Assembly (NCBI GenBank): GCA_963665115.1
Contig: OY762007.1
Location: forward strand, 5,760,001-5,824,000
DNA length: 64,000 bases
Reading direction: 5' to 3'
Source: an uncultured Rivularia sp.
GTDB lineage: Bacteria > Cyanobacteriota > Cyanobacteriia > Cyanobacteriales > Nostocaceae
The translations under genes and the position numbers were made by a program. Within the stretch, counting starts at the first letter, position 1, and each line of letters opens with the position of its first letter. The notes beneath the pieces were generated by a model. The model ran no database searches. It had not been told where the DNA came from and saw only the letters and a program-made list of their open reading frames with translations. Below are positions 1 to 10,869 of this stretch, one piece after another.

Positions 1-50
1 AGAGGGGACAAGGGGAGAAGGGGATGGGGAGATGGGGAGATGGGGAGAAA

Positions 51-274
<224 letters not shown>

Positions 275-326
275 TCACGCTCTTCGATAAACTGAACAGT
301 GGAGAAGAAATTAGGTAAATAAACTC

Positions 327-809
327 ATGTTGGACGAACAAGCTAAAAAAACGATGTTGCGGAAGATTCCTCACGGTTTATATATCTGTGGAGTTAAGGA
401 TGGTGAAGAAGTTAACGGTTTTACTGCTAGCTGGTTAATGCAGGCTTCGTTTAAGCCGCCTTTGGTTGTAAATTGCGTCAAAGGTGATTCTATATCCCAT
501 CAAATGATTGAAAAAAGTGGGGTATTCGCCATCAGCTTCTTAGAAGAAGGACAAAAAGACTTAGCGGAAAAATTCTTTAAACCAATGCGCCGCGTTGGTA
601 ATAAATTTGAAGATGTAGAATTTTCCCTTGGTAAAGAAACCGGATGTCCAATTATTACCGACTCTTTGGGATATATCGAATGTCAAGTTGTCGGAAATGT
701 TGATAAAGGCGATCATACCGTTTACGTCGGCGAAGTGATAGCTGCGGGAGTTCACCGCGAAGGAAAACAACTCAATCTTGAAACAACAGGTTGGAATTAC
801 GGCGGGTAA
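327..809 (+). CDS. Flavin reductase-like family protein
   Basis: Motifs 'NGFTASW..QASFKPPLV' and 'GDHTVYVGEV'. Confidence 0.9.
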   Translation: MLDEQAKKTMLRKIPHGLYICGVKDGEEVNGFTASWLMQASFKPPLVVNCVKGDSISHQMIEKSGVFAISFLEEGQKDLAEKFFKPMRRVGNKFEDVEFSLGKETGCPIITDSLGYIECQVVGNVDKGDHTVYVGEVIAAGVHREGKQLNLETTGWNYGG

Positions 810-814
810 ATTTT

Positions 815-843
815 GTAGAGACGTAGCATTGCTACGTCTCTAG
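815..843. repeat. GTAG-type REP-like palindrome, GTAGAGACG family
   Basis: GTAGAGACGTAGCA-T-TGCTACGTCTCTA hairpin. Related copies at 1286-1314, 27295-27321, 37079-37105, 40469-40496 and 40656-40682. Confidence 0.85.
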
Positions 844-918
844 GGGAGTTAGGAGTTAGGAGTTGGGAGCGAACAGTTAGAAATAACCAATCCAAAATCC
901 AAAATCTAAAATCGGATT

Positions 919-1272
919 ATGCCTTTAATCAAAGTCCAAAGTTCTATATCAACTCCTCAAAAAGCTGAAGTTGAGGGGATGCTGAAAACCTTGTCGTCAA
1001 AATTAGCAAAGCATATCGGAAAACCGGAATCTTATGTAATGACGGCTTTTGAAGCGGAGGTTCCCATGACTTTCGGTGGCACTACCGATCCAGTTTGTTA
1101 TATAGAAATCAAAAGTATCGGTACAATGAAACCCGAACAAACCAAGTCCATGAGTCAGGACTTTTGCCAAGAAATCAATCAAGCCCTTGGTGTCCCTACA
1201 AATCGCATTTATATCGAATTTGCAGATGCTAAAGGTGCGATGTGGGGTTGGAACGGTAGTACATTCGGTTAA
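919..1272 (+). CDS. MIF/phenylpyruvate tautomerase family protein
   Basis: N-terminal (M)P, 'GKPESYVM', C-terminal 'WGWNGSTF'. Confidence 0.9.
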   Translation: MPLIKVQSSISTPQKAEVEGMLKTLSSKLAKHIGKPESYVMTAFEAEVPMTFGGTTDPVCYIEIKSIGTMKPEQTKSMSQDFCQEINQALGVPTNRIYIEFADAKGAMWGWNGSTFG

Positions 1273-1345
1273 TCCATATCCTAATGTAGAGACGCGAAAC
1301 CCTTTCGTCTCTACAAAAGTTACGCTTATATGACAAATTTCTTTA

Positions 1346-1401
1346 GTTTGTAGTAAGCGATTTATCGCTCTCCTTAGAGAACTAAAGTTCTTACTACGAA
1401 C
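1346..1401. repeat. REP-like doublet, GTTYGTAGT...ACTACGAAC family
   Basis: Inverted ends with internal hairpins. Relatives at 3514-3580, 49909-49932/50819-50842 and 53966-53991. Confidence 0.75.
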
Positions 1402-1459
1402 CTCGATCAAATAATCTAGGATAAAGATTCACTGTCTTTTTTATAATTACGGTTTCACT

Positions 1460-2581
1460 ATGTCTGTTAATTCTGTAGTTTCTTCTAAACCTCCCACTCC
1501 TAAATATCCGAAAATTTCTATCCCTCCTTTACTAGGAGCGTCTTTGGAAGAGTTAACTGCTTGGGTACAAGAGCAGGCACAGCCAGCTTACAGAGGAAAA
1601 CAGTTACATCAGTGGATATATCAGAAGGGCGTTCGTTCTTTAAGTGATATTACTGTTTTTTCTAAGCAGTGGCGGGAATCTGTCGCGGAAGTGCCCGTGG
1701 GACGTTCTAATTTACAACATCGTTCGACTGCTCCCGATGGCACCGTAAAATATCTTTTGGAATTGTCTGATGGGGAAATTATCGAAACCGTTGGGATGCC
1801 AACTTATAAGAAATGGGGAAAAAATAGGAATCGACAAGGAGAGAATCGAGGAGAGTTAGAACGTTTAACGGTTTGCGTTTCTACTCAAGTTGGCTGTGCG
1901 ATGGCTTGCGATTTCTGCGCTACTGGCAAAGGTGGCTATAAGCGAAATCTGACTCGTAGCGAAATTGTTGACCAAGTTTTAACGGTACAGGAAGAATTTG
2001 GACAACGAGTTAGTCACATCGTATTTATGGGTATGGGCGAACCGTTATTAAATGTAGATAATACTTTGAGCGCTATTCAATGCCTTAATAAAGATGTGGG
2101 AATCGGACAGCGCAACTTAACTGTTTCTACAGTAGGTATTCCCGGACGTATTCGTAACTTAGCAAAATATCGCCTACAAGCTACCCTTGCAGTTAGTCTC
2201 CACGCACCTAATCAAGAATTACGAGAAGAACTTATTCCCAGCGCTCGTAAATACCAAATTGATGAATTATTTGCTGAATGTCGCGACTATGTAGAAATGA
2301 CCGGACGACGAGTATCTTTTGAATATATACTTCTCGCCGGTGTCAACGACCTTCCAGAACACGCACATCAACTATCGCGGCAGTTACGCGGATTTCAATG
2401 TCACGTCAATTTGATCCCTTATAATCCAATTGATGAAGTAGACTATCAACGCCCAACTTACGAACGCATTCAAGCTTTTGTACAAGCCTTAGAAAAACAC
2501 CACACCGCACACAGCGTTCGTTACTCCCGTGGTTTAGAAGCAGACGCAGCCTGCGGACAGTTGCGAACGAGTAAGAAATAG
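1460..2581 (+). CDS. rlmN: Dual-specificity 23S rRNA/tRNA m2A methyltransferase RlmN (radical SAM)
   Basis: CxxxCxxC (CAMACDFC), MGMGEP, C-terminal AACGQL. Confidence 0.97.
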   Translation: MSVNSVVSSKPPTPKYPKISIPPLLGASLEELTAWVQEQAQPAYRGKQLHQWIYQKGVRSLSDITVFSKQWRESVAEVPVGRSNLQHRSTAPDGTVKYLLELSDGEIIETVGMPTYKKWGKNRNRQGENRGELERLTVCVSTQVGCAMACDFCATGKGGYKRNLTRSEIVDQVLTVQEEFGQRVSHIVFMGMGEPLLNVDNTLSAIQCLNKDVGIGQRNLTVSTVGIPGRIRNLAKYRLQATLAVSLHAPNQELREELIPSARKYQIDELFAECRDYVEMTGRRVSFEYILLAGVNDLPEHAHQLSRQLRGFQCHVNLIPYNPIDEVDYQRPTYERIQAFVQALEKHHTAHSVRYSRGLEADAACGQLRTSKK

Positions 2582-2660
2582 GATGGGGAGATGGGGAGAA
2601 ATTTAAAACTCTTTACTCACTACTTACTACTCCCTACTCCCTACTCCTAACTCCTAACTC

Positions 2661-2840
2661 TTATTTATTTGCGTAAATACCGGGGGCGTAAGCTTCAATT
2701 ACTTTTCCGGTGCGGGTACAGTTAATCATTAAATAATCGCAATCTGCACAGCTAGTGCGACATATTTGGCTTTCACAAATATGATGTCTTTCACATTTAC
2801 TACCACAGTTGGGACAACAAACTTTTTGTATTGTTCGCAT
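2661..2840 (-). CDS. 59-aa Cys-rich (Zn-ribbon-like) small protein, not in the ORF track
   Basis: Manual translation MRTIQKVCCPNCGSKCERHHICESQICRTSCADCDYLMINCTRTGKVIEAYAPGIYANK*. CPNC and CADC pairs; purine-rich sequence before the ATG. Resembles a conserved cyanobacterial small protein I recall being auto-labelled 'PriA'. Confidence 0.8.
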   Translation of the reverse strand: MRTIQKVCCPNCGSKCERHHICESQICRTSCADCDYLMINCTRTGKVIEAYAPGIYANK

Positions 2841-3728
2841 TCTCGCTCTTAAGCCTCTTTTTTTAATATTTATTCAATAAAGTAGTGCTGTCTCTAACTC
2901 ATTAATATTCACCTGCTTAACTTATAAAAGCTCATAAAAATAGAATCGGATGCATTTTTCCGTATATATTGCCTTATGAAACTTATTAATAGATTTTCTA
3001 TTATGCCTCGATAGTGACTAAGCTTTCATCCAACTATAGATACAAAAAAATGTCTATTAGACGCTGATTATCTCTTTCAATTGGACGATCCTCATCACCG
3101 ATGCTTTGAGACTCCTATATTTACGGTCATTCTAGAATAACCTAATTTAATTTATTATCTGTAAAAACATTATTATTTTTTAAGCAAGTTTAATTAATGA
3201 CTGTTTGACGGTGAAGATAACAAAATATAAAGATAAGGCAATTATGGATTGGGGCTGAAAATAAAGGTGTGAATGGACAAAATTAAAGTATTTGACAAAA
3301 TATTCCAAAATCGCTCGTAATTTTTTTTAATTTTATTTGTTAATCTAATGGTAGGTAATGGGTAATGGATAACGGGTAATCGATAGTTGTTTTTTGCAGT
3401 TATCAGTTACCCACATTTTTTTATTTGTCTGTATGTATCGTGTTGAGCGATCGCCAATACAGCTTGTTGCCGTTTATCTTAAATTCTTCAAATCCACCAG
3501 ATTAATTTTAAAGGGTTTGTAGTCGGGCTTTAGCGCCTCATATTACGGAATTCGGAGGGGCTTCAGCGCAACTACGAACCTTGATTACCATCTTCATTCT
3601 CAAAAATTAGATATAAAAAAGATTTTAAGTCAACACCACTCATAAATGCATAATTTCCACCGACTCGAACCATATAACAATAGTGGAAAGCTGAGTAAAA
3701 CCTTTACCAATCGTTAAAAATACTGTTG

Positions 3729-3742
3729 GTATCGCCACATAC
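3729..3742 (+). promoter_or_regulatory. Candidate NtcA box GTA-N8-TAC
   Basis: GTATCGCCACATAC about 60 nt upstream of the DUF4212/symporter operon; spacing to a -10 element is not canonical. Confidence 0.3.
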
Positions 3743-3801
3743 TTACAGTAACAGCCCAGTTTACTGTTATTATTTCTCATGCATTTATAGCGATAAAAAA
3801 A

Positions 3802-4056
3802 ATGAATAACGAAAACCACCGCGCTTACTGGCGGAAAAATGTAGCTTTAATTCGCAATCTTTTAATCGTTTGGGCTTTAGTATCTCTGGTATTTAGTATT
3901 CTGCTAGTCGAGCCTTTAAATACAATCCGGTTTTTTGGCGTACCCTTCGGCTTTTGGATGGCACAGCAGGGTTCAATTCTGGTATTTGTAGCGTTGATTT
4001 TTATTTACGCAATACAGATGGATAAATTAGATCGCGAACATAATATTAGAAGGTAG
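3802..4056 (+). CDS. DUF4212 small membrane subunit of a solute:sodium symporter
   Basis: 'PFGFWMAQQGSILVF' motif, two TM segments, directly upstream of the symporter. Confidence 0.9.
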   Translation: MNNENHRAYWRKNVALIRNLLIVWALVSLVFSILLVEPLNTIRFFGVPFGFWMAQQGSILVFVALIFIYAIQMDKLDREHNIRR

Positions 4057-4062
4057 GGGAAA

Positions 4063-5739
4063 ATGTCGGTTGAAATTTGGACCATTTTATTTGTTGGCGC
4101 TTCATTTTTAGCTTACGTCTACATCGGTTGGCAGTCTCGCATTAAAGATACTAAAGGCTTTTTTGTCGCCGGACAAGATATACCTTCCCTCGCGAATGGT
4201 GCTGCAACTGCTGCTGATTGGATGTCGGCAGCTTCGTTTATTTCGATGGCGGGGATAATTTCGACTTTAGGTTACGATGGCTCAATTTACTTGATGGGAT
4301 GGACTGGCGGTTACGTACTTCTAGCGTTACTCCTAGCCCCCTACCTGAGAAAATTTGGTAAGTATACCGTACCCGACTTTGTTGGCGATCGCTATTATTC
4401 ACAGTTTGCTCGATTGGTTGCTGTAATAGCCGCTATCTTCGTTTCGCTAACTTACGTCGCCGGACAAATGCGCGGTGTTGGTATAGTTTTCAGCCGCTTT
4501 TTACAAGTTGATGTCAATACTGGTGTAATTATCGGTATGGTAATCGTCGGCTTTTTCGCTGTATTGGGAGGAATGAAAGGCATTACCTGGACGCAAGTTG
4601 CCCAGTATTGCGTTTTAATTGTTGCCTATCTTATCCCTGCGGTTGCTATAGCCTTTATTCTTACGGGAAATCCGATTCCGCAATTTGCATTTACCTTCGG
4701 TGATATTGCAGATAAATTAAATGCAGTTCAACTTGACTTAGGTTTTCAAGAATATACCCAGCCATTCGCCAACAAATCCATGTTAGACGTGTTGTTTATC
4801 ACCATCGCTTTGATGGTCGGAACAGCAGGCTTACCCCACGTAATCGTCAGGTTTTACACAGTTCCCAACGTCCGCGCCGCTCGTTATTCTGCGGGTTGGG
4901 CATTACTATTAATTGCCATACTTTATACTACTGCCCCTGCTCTTTCGATGTTTGCTCGTTACAACTTAATTAATTCATTGCACGATAAAACCGTTGTAGA
5001 AGTACAGCAATTAGACTGGGCAAAAAAATGGGAAAATACCGACTTATTAGTTTTCGATGATAAAAACGGAGATGGGAGGTTGCAGTTAACTCCAGACGAA
5101 GCAACCAACGAAATCGTAATTGATAAAGATATCATCGTACTTTCTACTCCAGAAGTTGCCAAACTTGCACCTTGGGTAATCGCTTTAGTAGCCGCAGGAG
5201 GTTTAGCAGCAGCTTTATCCACAGCATCGGGATTACTGCTAGTAATTTCCAGTTCGATCGCTCACGACGTTTATTTCCGAATGATTAATCCTCATGCATC
5301 GGAAAGTAGGCGGGTATTCGTCGGCAGAATCATGGTAGGTTTTGCCGTAGTAGTCGCCGGATACTTTGGCGTAAATCCACCGGGCTTTGTAGCCCAAGTA
5401 GTAGCATTTGCCTTTGGTTTAGCAGCAGCCAGCTTCTTCCCCGCCATATTTTTAGGAATATTCGACAAACGCACAAATAAAGAAGGTGCGATCGCCGGGA
5501 TGTTAACCGGCTTAATTTTTACCACAGCCTATATTGTCGGCGTAAAATTTGCTGGAATGCCCACATGGTTTTTTGGTGTTTCCGCTGAAGGAATCGGCAC
5601 ATTAGGCATGATAATCAACTTAATCGTCACCCTAATAGTTTCGCGCTTAACACCACCACCACCACCAGAAATTCAAGCTTTAGTTGAAGACTTACGCAGT
5701 CCAATTGTAGAAGAAGAAACACCTACGGCGGTGCATTAA
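4063..5739 (+). CDS. Sodium:solute symporter (ActP/VC_2705-like)
   Basis: 'ATAADWMSAASFIS', 'GTAGLPHVIVRFYTV', many TM helices. Confidence 0.92.
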   Translation: MSVEIWTILFVGASFLAYVYIGWQSRIKDTKGFFVAGQDIPSLANGAATAADWMSAASFISMAGIISTLGYDGSIYLMGWTGGYVLLALLLAPYLRKFGKYTVPDFVGDRYYSQFARLVAVIAAIFVSLTYVAGQMRGVGIVFSRFLQVDVNTGVIIGMVIVGFFAVLGGMKGITWTQVAQYCVLIVAYLIPAVAIAFILTGNPIPQFAFTFGDIADKLNAVQLDLGFQEYTQPFANKSMLDVLFITIALMVGTAGLPHVIVRFYTVPNVRAARYSAGWALLLIAILYTTAPALSMFARYNLINSLHDKTVVEVQQLDWAKKWENTDLLVFDDKNGDGRLQLTPDEATNEIVIDKDIIVLSTPEVAKLAPWVIALVAAGGLAAALSTASGLLLVISSSIAHDVYFRMINPHASESRRVFVGRIMVGFAVVVAGYFGVNPPGFVAQVVAFAFGLAAASFFPAIFLGIFDKRTNKEGAIAGMLTGLIFTTAYIVGVKFAGMPTWFFGVSAEGIGTLGMIINLIVTLIVSRLTPPPPPEIQALVEDLRSPIVEEETPTAVH

Positions 5740-5845
5740 GAAGATAAGGGGATGGGGGGATGGGGAGACAAGGGGACAAAGCAAAGGGTTAAGTTGAGAA
5801 ACAGTCTGTATGTAGTGGGAGCGTCTCGCTCCCTAGCTGTTTCTA

Positions 5846-6027
5846 ATTACCAATTATCAATCCCCAATTACCAATTACCAATTACCAATTACCAATTACC
5901 AATTACCAATTACCAATTACCAATTACCAATCCCCAATTACCAATTACCAATTACCAATTACCAATTACCAATTACCAATCCCCAATCCCCAATCCCCCA
6001 TGCCCAATCCCCAATTCCCAATCCCCA
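5846..6027. repeat. STRR array (CCAATTA)n then (CCAATCC)n
   Basis: More than 20 tandem heptamers between convergent genes. Confidence 0.95.
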
Positions 6028-6993
6028 TCATTCTTCAACTCTATACCCCAATTCCGCTAATCGGATGCGTGAATGTCGCCATTTTGGTTGTACTCTGACA
6101 AATAATTCTAAATAAACTTTCCCTGCAATTAACTTTTGGATTTGTTCTCTGGCGGCGCTTCCAATAGATTTGAGCATTCCTCCACCTTTCCCTATTAAAA
6201 TACCTTTTTGGGAATCGCGTTCGACATTGATTGTTGCAAGTACGCGGGTTAATTTGGGTGTTTCTTCTACTAAATCTATGCCGACGGCTACCGAATGAGG
6301 AACTTCTTCGCGAGTTAACAGTAAAATTTGTTCTCGAATTAGTTCACCCATAATAAAGCGCTCCGGTTGATCGGTAACTAAATCCGGTGGATAATAATAT
6401 GGCCCAGGTTCTAAATGCTCGATTAATGATTTTTGTACTTCTGGTAGCCCATCGCTGGTTTTAGCAGAAAACTTTACTGTTTGCCATTCTCCAAACTGCG
6501 CTAGCTCCAAGTAACTTTCATCTATCAACTGAAAATCTTCTGGCTGACTATCAATTTTATTAATGCCTAAAATTATCGGCGTAGTGGTACGTTCGAGTAA
6601 TGAAGCAATATACTTATCTCCACCACCGCAAACAGTACTACCATCAACTACGAATAATAAAACATCAACAGATTCGATGGCGATTTTAGCATTCGTTACT
6701 AAAACTTCCCCCAAACGATGATGGGGTTTATGAATTCCTGGTGTATCTACAAAAATCATTTGCGCTTCTTCTGTAGTTAAAATCCCGCGCAATCGATTCC
6801 GCGTAGTTTGAGCTACTGGTGAGGTAATCGCAATTTTTTGACCAACCAATTGATTCATCAAAGTAGATTTACCGACATTCGGACGACCGATAATACCGAT
6901 AAAACCTGACTTAAATCCGGGAGGAGCCTGGGGAATTAGAACTTCTCCAGGTATAGAAAAGTTGTTGCCTTGAATATTATTCACGTAAAACAA
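6028..6993 (-). CDS. era: GTPase Era
   Basis: GRPNVGKS, DTPG, NKID, KH domain with GILIGKGG; exact start uncertain. Confidence 0.97.
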   Translation of the reverse strand: MFYVNNIQGNNFSIPGEVLIPQAPPGFKSGFIGIIGRPNVGKSTLMNQLVGQKIAITSPVAQTTRNRLRGILTTEEAQMIFVDTPGIHKPHHRLGEVLVTNAKIAIESVDVLLFVVDGSTVCGGGDKYIASLLERTTTPIILGINKIDSQPEDFQLIDESYLELAQFGEWQTVKFSAKTSDGLPEVQKSLIEHLEPGPYYYPPDLVTDQPERFIMGELIREQILLLTREEVPHSVAVGIDLVEETPKLTRVLATINVERDSQKGILIGKGGGMLKSIGSAAREQIQKLIAGKVYLELFVRVQPKWRHSRIRLAELGYRVEE

Positions 6994-7190
6994 TTATCAG
7001 TTATCAATGGACAATTATCATTTAATTTATCTTTAGATTGCCAATGAAATATAAGTTATATTTGACAACATTTTCAACTAAAAATGCTATTAATTACAGC
7101 CGCATTCATTGCGATTAAATTTTTAAAGGCAGTATCAATAATTAATCCTTCTGCTTTCAATATAACGTTCAATTGAATGATATTTTAACT

Positions 7191-7284
7191 TTATTCATGC
7201 ATGAATTACAGTAATAGAACGTTGATTTTGTGTTACAACCATTTCCATTGATAAACGTTCTTCAGTTGGTAATGCGTTTTTACG
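7191..7284 (-). pseudogene. Relic 3' end of an AAA-ATPase gene, paralogous to 8511-8604
   Basis: 79/94 nt identical to 8511-8604; translates RKNALPTEERLSMEMVVTQNQRSITVIHA*. Confidence 0.8.
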
Positions 7285-7407
7285 CGCTTTTATCCTTGGT
7301 TCCCATAAGCTTTCAGCCAAACTATTAAGATAGCTGTCTCAACGAGCAATCAATATTTGCTTAGCTTATAAAATAGATGTTTTTTGTTAAATCTTTGTAG
7401 GAGTGAG

Positions 7408-8472
7408 ATGAGCAATTTTAATTTATCCCGCCGCGAAATGTTATTGGGCGGTTTAGTCTTAGGATTTAGGTCAATGCCAATTCATGCATTTGCTAAATCT
7501 AAGTTAAATAGTGCTATTACCGATGTTCCTGGTATCAAAATCGGTCATTTTACTCATAGTCGCGGAGCAACAGGTTGCACAGTTGTTTTAACTCAATCCG
7601 GTGCGGTTGCAGGCGTAGATGTTCGCGGCGCAGCTCCGGGAACGCGCGAAACAGATTTGCTCGATCCTACAAATTTAGTGCAACAAGTTCATGCAGTTCT
7701 ACTTTCTGGGGGTAGTGCTTTTGGACTTGATGCAGCAACGGGAGTAATGAAATTTTTAGAAGAACGCGGTGTTGGCTATGATGTAGGTGTAGCAAAAGTT
7801 CCTATCGTTCCCGCAGCAGTTTTATTCGATTTAGCTGTTGGAAATGCCAAAATTCGTCCAGACGCTACAGCAGGCTATCAAGCTTGTAAAAATGCTTCCA
7901 AGAAATTACCCGCAGAAGGTAATTTTGGTGCAGGAGCGGGTGCTACTGTGGGAAAGTTTTTTGGGATGAGTCGTGCAATGAAAAGTGGGATTGGCACGGC
8001 ATCAATTAAATTACCAATAGGAGTTACAGTTGGCGCAATCGTTGCCGTTAATGCTGTTGGCGATGTATTTGATCCATCAAACAACCAATTGCTTGCCGGA
8101 TTGCGCTCTTCTGATGGCAAAAAGTTAATAGGAACGATGAATGCAATTTCGCGGGGTGAAAACTTACCGCCTCTACTTGGTGGTATGAACACTACTATTG
8201 GAGTTGTTGCTGTAGATGCGAAACTCGATAAGGCACAGTGTCAGAAAATTGCACAAATGGCACACAATGGTTTAGCCCGGACAATAAATCCGGTGCATAC
8301 GATGTATGACGGAGACACAATCTTTGCATTAGCGACTGGCAAATCGGAGACAACAGCTAACGTAACTTTACTTGGAGCATTAGCCGCCGAAGTAATGGCA
8401 CAATCAGTTATTCGTGCTGTTAAAGCGGCTAAATCTATCTATGGCTTACCAAGTCATAATGATTTAAGTTAA
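7408..8472 (+). CDS. P1/S58 (DmpA-like) peptidase with Tat-like signal
   Basis: 'ITDVPGIKIGH', 'GGSAFGL', 'NTTIG', 'DGDTIF'; SRREMLL twin-arginine motif; AGGAG before ATG 7408. Confidence 0.9.
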   Translation: MSNFNLSRREMLLGGLVLGFRSMPIHAFAKSKLNSAITDVPGIKIGHFTHSRGATGCTVVLTQSGAVAGVDVRGAAPGTRETDLLDPTNLVQQVHAVLLSGGSAFGLDAATGVMKFLEERGVGYDVGVAKVPIVPAAVLFDLAVGNAKIRPDATAGYQACKNASKKLPAEGNFGAGAGATVGKFFGMSRAMKSGIGTASIKLPIGVTVGAIVAVNAVGDVFDPSNNQLLAGLRSSDGKKLIGTMNAISRGENLPPLLGGMNTTIGVVAVDAKLDKAQCQKIAQMAHNGLARTINPVHTMYDGDTIFALATGKSETTANVTLLGALAAEVMAQSVIRAVKAAKSIYGLPSHNDLS

Positions 8473-8514
8473 CTCTTGAGAAAATATGAAAGCTAATAGC
8501 TTGAATAAGTTTAT

Positions 8515-10066
8515 TCACGCACGAATAACAGTAATCGAACGTTGATTTTCTGTCACAACAATCTGTGTCGATAAACGTTCTTCGATTGGTAATGCATTTT
8601 TACGTCTGTCAAACACAAGTAACCAGCCTTCATTCAATCCCAAACGGGCTAAATAGGATTCTAACTGCTCAATACCTTCGGTTTGGGGGGTCACGTTTCT
8701 TTTCACGCCATACTTTTAACTCGATACCAAGAGTAGTAGAACCATACCTTAAGCATAAATCCATCCTGTCACTACCGATAGCATATTCTCGCTCAAGAGT
8801 TCCGCCACCATTAACAACGCGATGCAAAAAAGCCATTAATACTAAATGAGGTGCGATTTCATGGTAAACAGCGCTGCCTAATAATGGTTCTCCATGCTGT
8901 CTCCAGAATTTAATAAAAGCTTCTAATAAAGCATCTTTATTTAATTCTCCTTCAGGGGTTAACCAACTAGGACTAATATGGGGTAAACTGTCCTGGGTTC
9001 CTTGAACTAAAGCACGGGGAATAACTTCGCGATAAATCGGGTTTGCAATTACAAGTCCCCCCGCAGGATCGCGTCGTAATAATCCTAAATCAATTAGATA
9101 TTGGCGATCATCGTTGGGAGTATCACCTAATGTTTGTCCTGCTAATATTGGTTCGATGATATTTCTAACTCGTTTTTCTCGCAGTTTTTCTGCAAGTGAA
9201 TCGAGATGAGTATCTTGACGGGCGATTAATATTTCCTTAGCTTGTAAAATATGCTCTTTGGTAATAGCAATACTTCTATTCTTAACCATTTTTTCCACAA
9301 CTTCCTTAGCCAATGCATTCACTAACCAAGGTTGTCCTTGGGTTAAATCAAATGCTGTTGCGGTTGCTTCTGGTGTAAAAATTTGTCCTGTATCTTCAGT
9401 ATGCTGCTGATATAGCTCTACAACTTCTTCGGCATTAAAATTTCTTAAAGTGATAGAACTAACTTTGATATTAAAAGGGCTAGCTGTGTTTAATCTCTCA
9501 CTCCCTCCTGATGCCACCTTATAATCCCGCACATCTCGTAAACCAATTAATCCTACAGATGAAGGAAAGTTTTTCGGACGACTGCGATAGCCATCTCGTA
9601 ATTGTCGCAATACCGAAATTAAGGTTTCATCTTGTAAAGAATCAATTTCATCGATAAATAATACCAACGGACGCTTGATTGCTCGCGAGAAAGCTCTTAA
9701 ATTTTCCTTAATTCGCTGTCCTGGAGAATTGTAAATCCAAGCTGGAGGTTGTAACTCTGAAGGTAAATAATCCTCAATAGTATCGCGCCAAGTTCCCAAA
9801 ATTGCTAATTCTGCTGCATTGGGGTCATTATTAAAGGCGCTTCCCACCTCCACTGATACCATCACAGCCCCGTAACGTCCACTTTCGGTTAGCTGTTGCG
9901 CTAGCGCTAGCATTGCTGTTGTTTTACCTGTTTGACGAGGTGCATGAACTACAAAATAACTTTCTTGTTCTAACAGCATTGACAAGTCGGGTAGCCGACT
10001 TGTTGGTGGTAACATATAGTGTTTTTCTGCTTTACAAGGACCAGCAATGTTAAACCAGCGAGACAT
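8515..10066 (-). CDS. AAA-like ATPase with C-terminal PD-(D/E)xK-like domain, split by one extra base near 8685-8690
   Basis: Walker A APRQTGKT, Walker B LFIDEID, 'REYAIGSDRMDL...GIELK'. Removing one G joins ORF 8669-10066 to ORF 8515-8706. Confidence 0.85.
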
Positions 10067-10164
10067 TTAATGGTTATAGTTATCGGACACTTTGAGTTTA
10101 GACGATTTTGGGTTAGGAATTTCTTAATTGAGGAAACTGCGGACAGCTTATCTATTTTTGAAAT

Positions 10165-10740
10165 ATGCCTAAAAACAAATTACTACTATCTGATGTTTTC
10201 ATCGGTAAATTATCTATTAAAGATAGGAATTTATTAGCAAGAAAAAATATTATTTTAGGTGGTGTATATATATTTTTCCCAATACTAGGAGTTTTCATCG
10301 GTACGTTAATTATAGGTATAAAAGGTATTTATGCAATCTTATTTTTTTCTCCCCTTATAATGGGTGGAATTTGGATTGTAATTTATCATTTTGGTCTTTT
10401 ATACGGCATTTTTTTAGTTTCAAAAGAGGAAAGGGTATGGGTTGCAAAATATAAAGGAGAAATAGTAGGTTCTGTAAGTGTACGTTGTAAAGAGAAATAT
10501 TCGATTTTACAAATTATCTGGGTTAAACCTGTATTTCAACGAATGGGAGTAGGTTCTGCTCTCATACACAAACTTAATCAAGAATTAATTATGCCTTTGT
10601 ATGTGCAAGCCGCTCCCGGAACTAAAAATTTCTATCGGAAGCTCGGCTTTACAAAGCTATCAGTAAAACATCGAAAAATATTACCAAGAAGATTTCAGTA
10701 TATGCTTATTAACATGGTTCTAGATATTCATAAAGTTTAA
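10165..10740 (+). CDS. Membrane-anchored GNAT acetyltransferase
   Basis: Two hydrophobic segments, then 'VKPVFQRMGVGSALI' and 'FYRKLGF'. Confidence 0.8.
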   Translation: MPKNKLLLSDVFIGKLSIKDRNLLARKNIILGGVYIFFPILGVFIGTLIIGIKGIYAILFFSPLIMGGIWIVIYHFGLLYGIFLVSKEERVWVAKYKGEIVGSVSVRCKEKYSILQIIWVKPVFQRMGVGSALIHKLNQELIMPLYVQAAPGTKNFYRKLGFTKLSVKHRKILPRRFQYMLINMVLDIHKV

Positions 10741-10869
10741 AAGTTACTTGAAAAGTCGATGGAGTAGGAAAAACTATGGGCGATCGCCTAGTATCACACT
10801 AATATTCTAACTACAGTTAAATTCTTAACAATGCCCAATGCCCAATGCCCAATCCCCTATTACCCAATT

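Noticed and set aside
5752..6060. 102-aa ORF with NYQLPIT repeats
   Set aside because: Stop-free reading of (CCAATTA)n, not a plausible repeat protein or precursor peptide.
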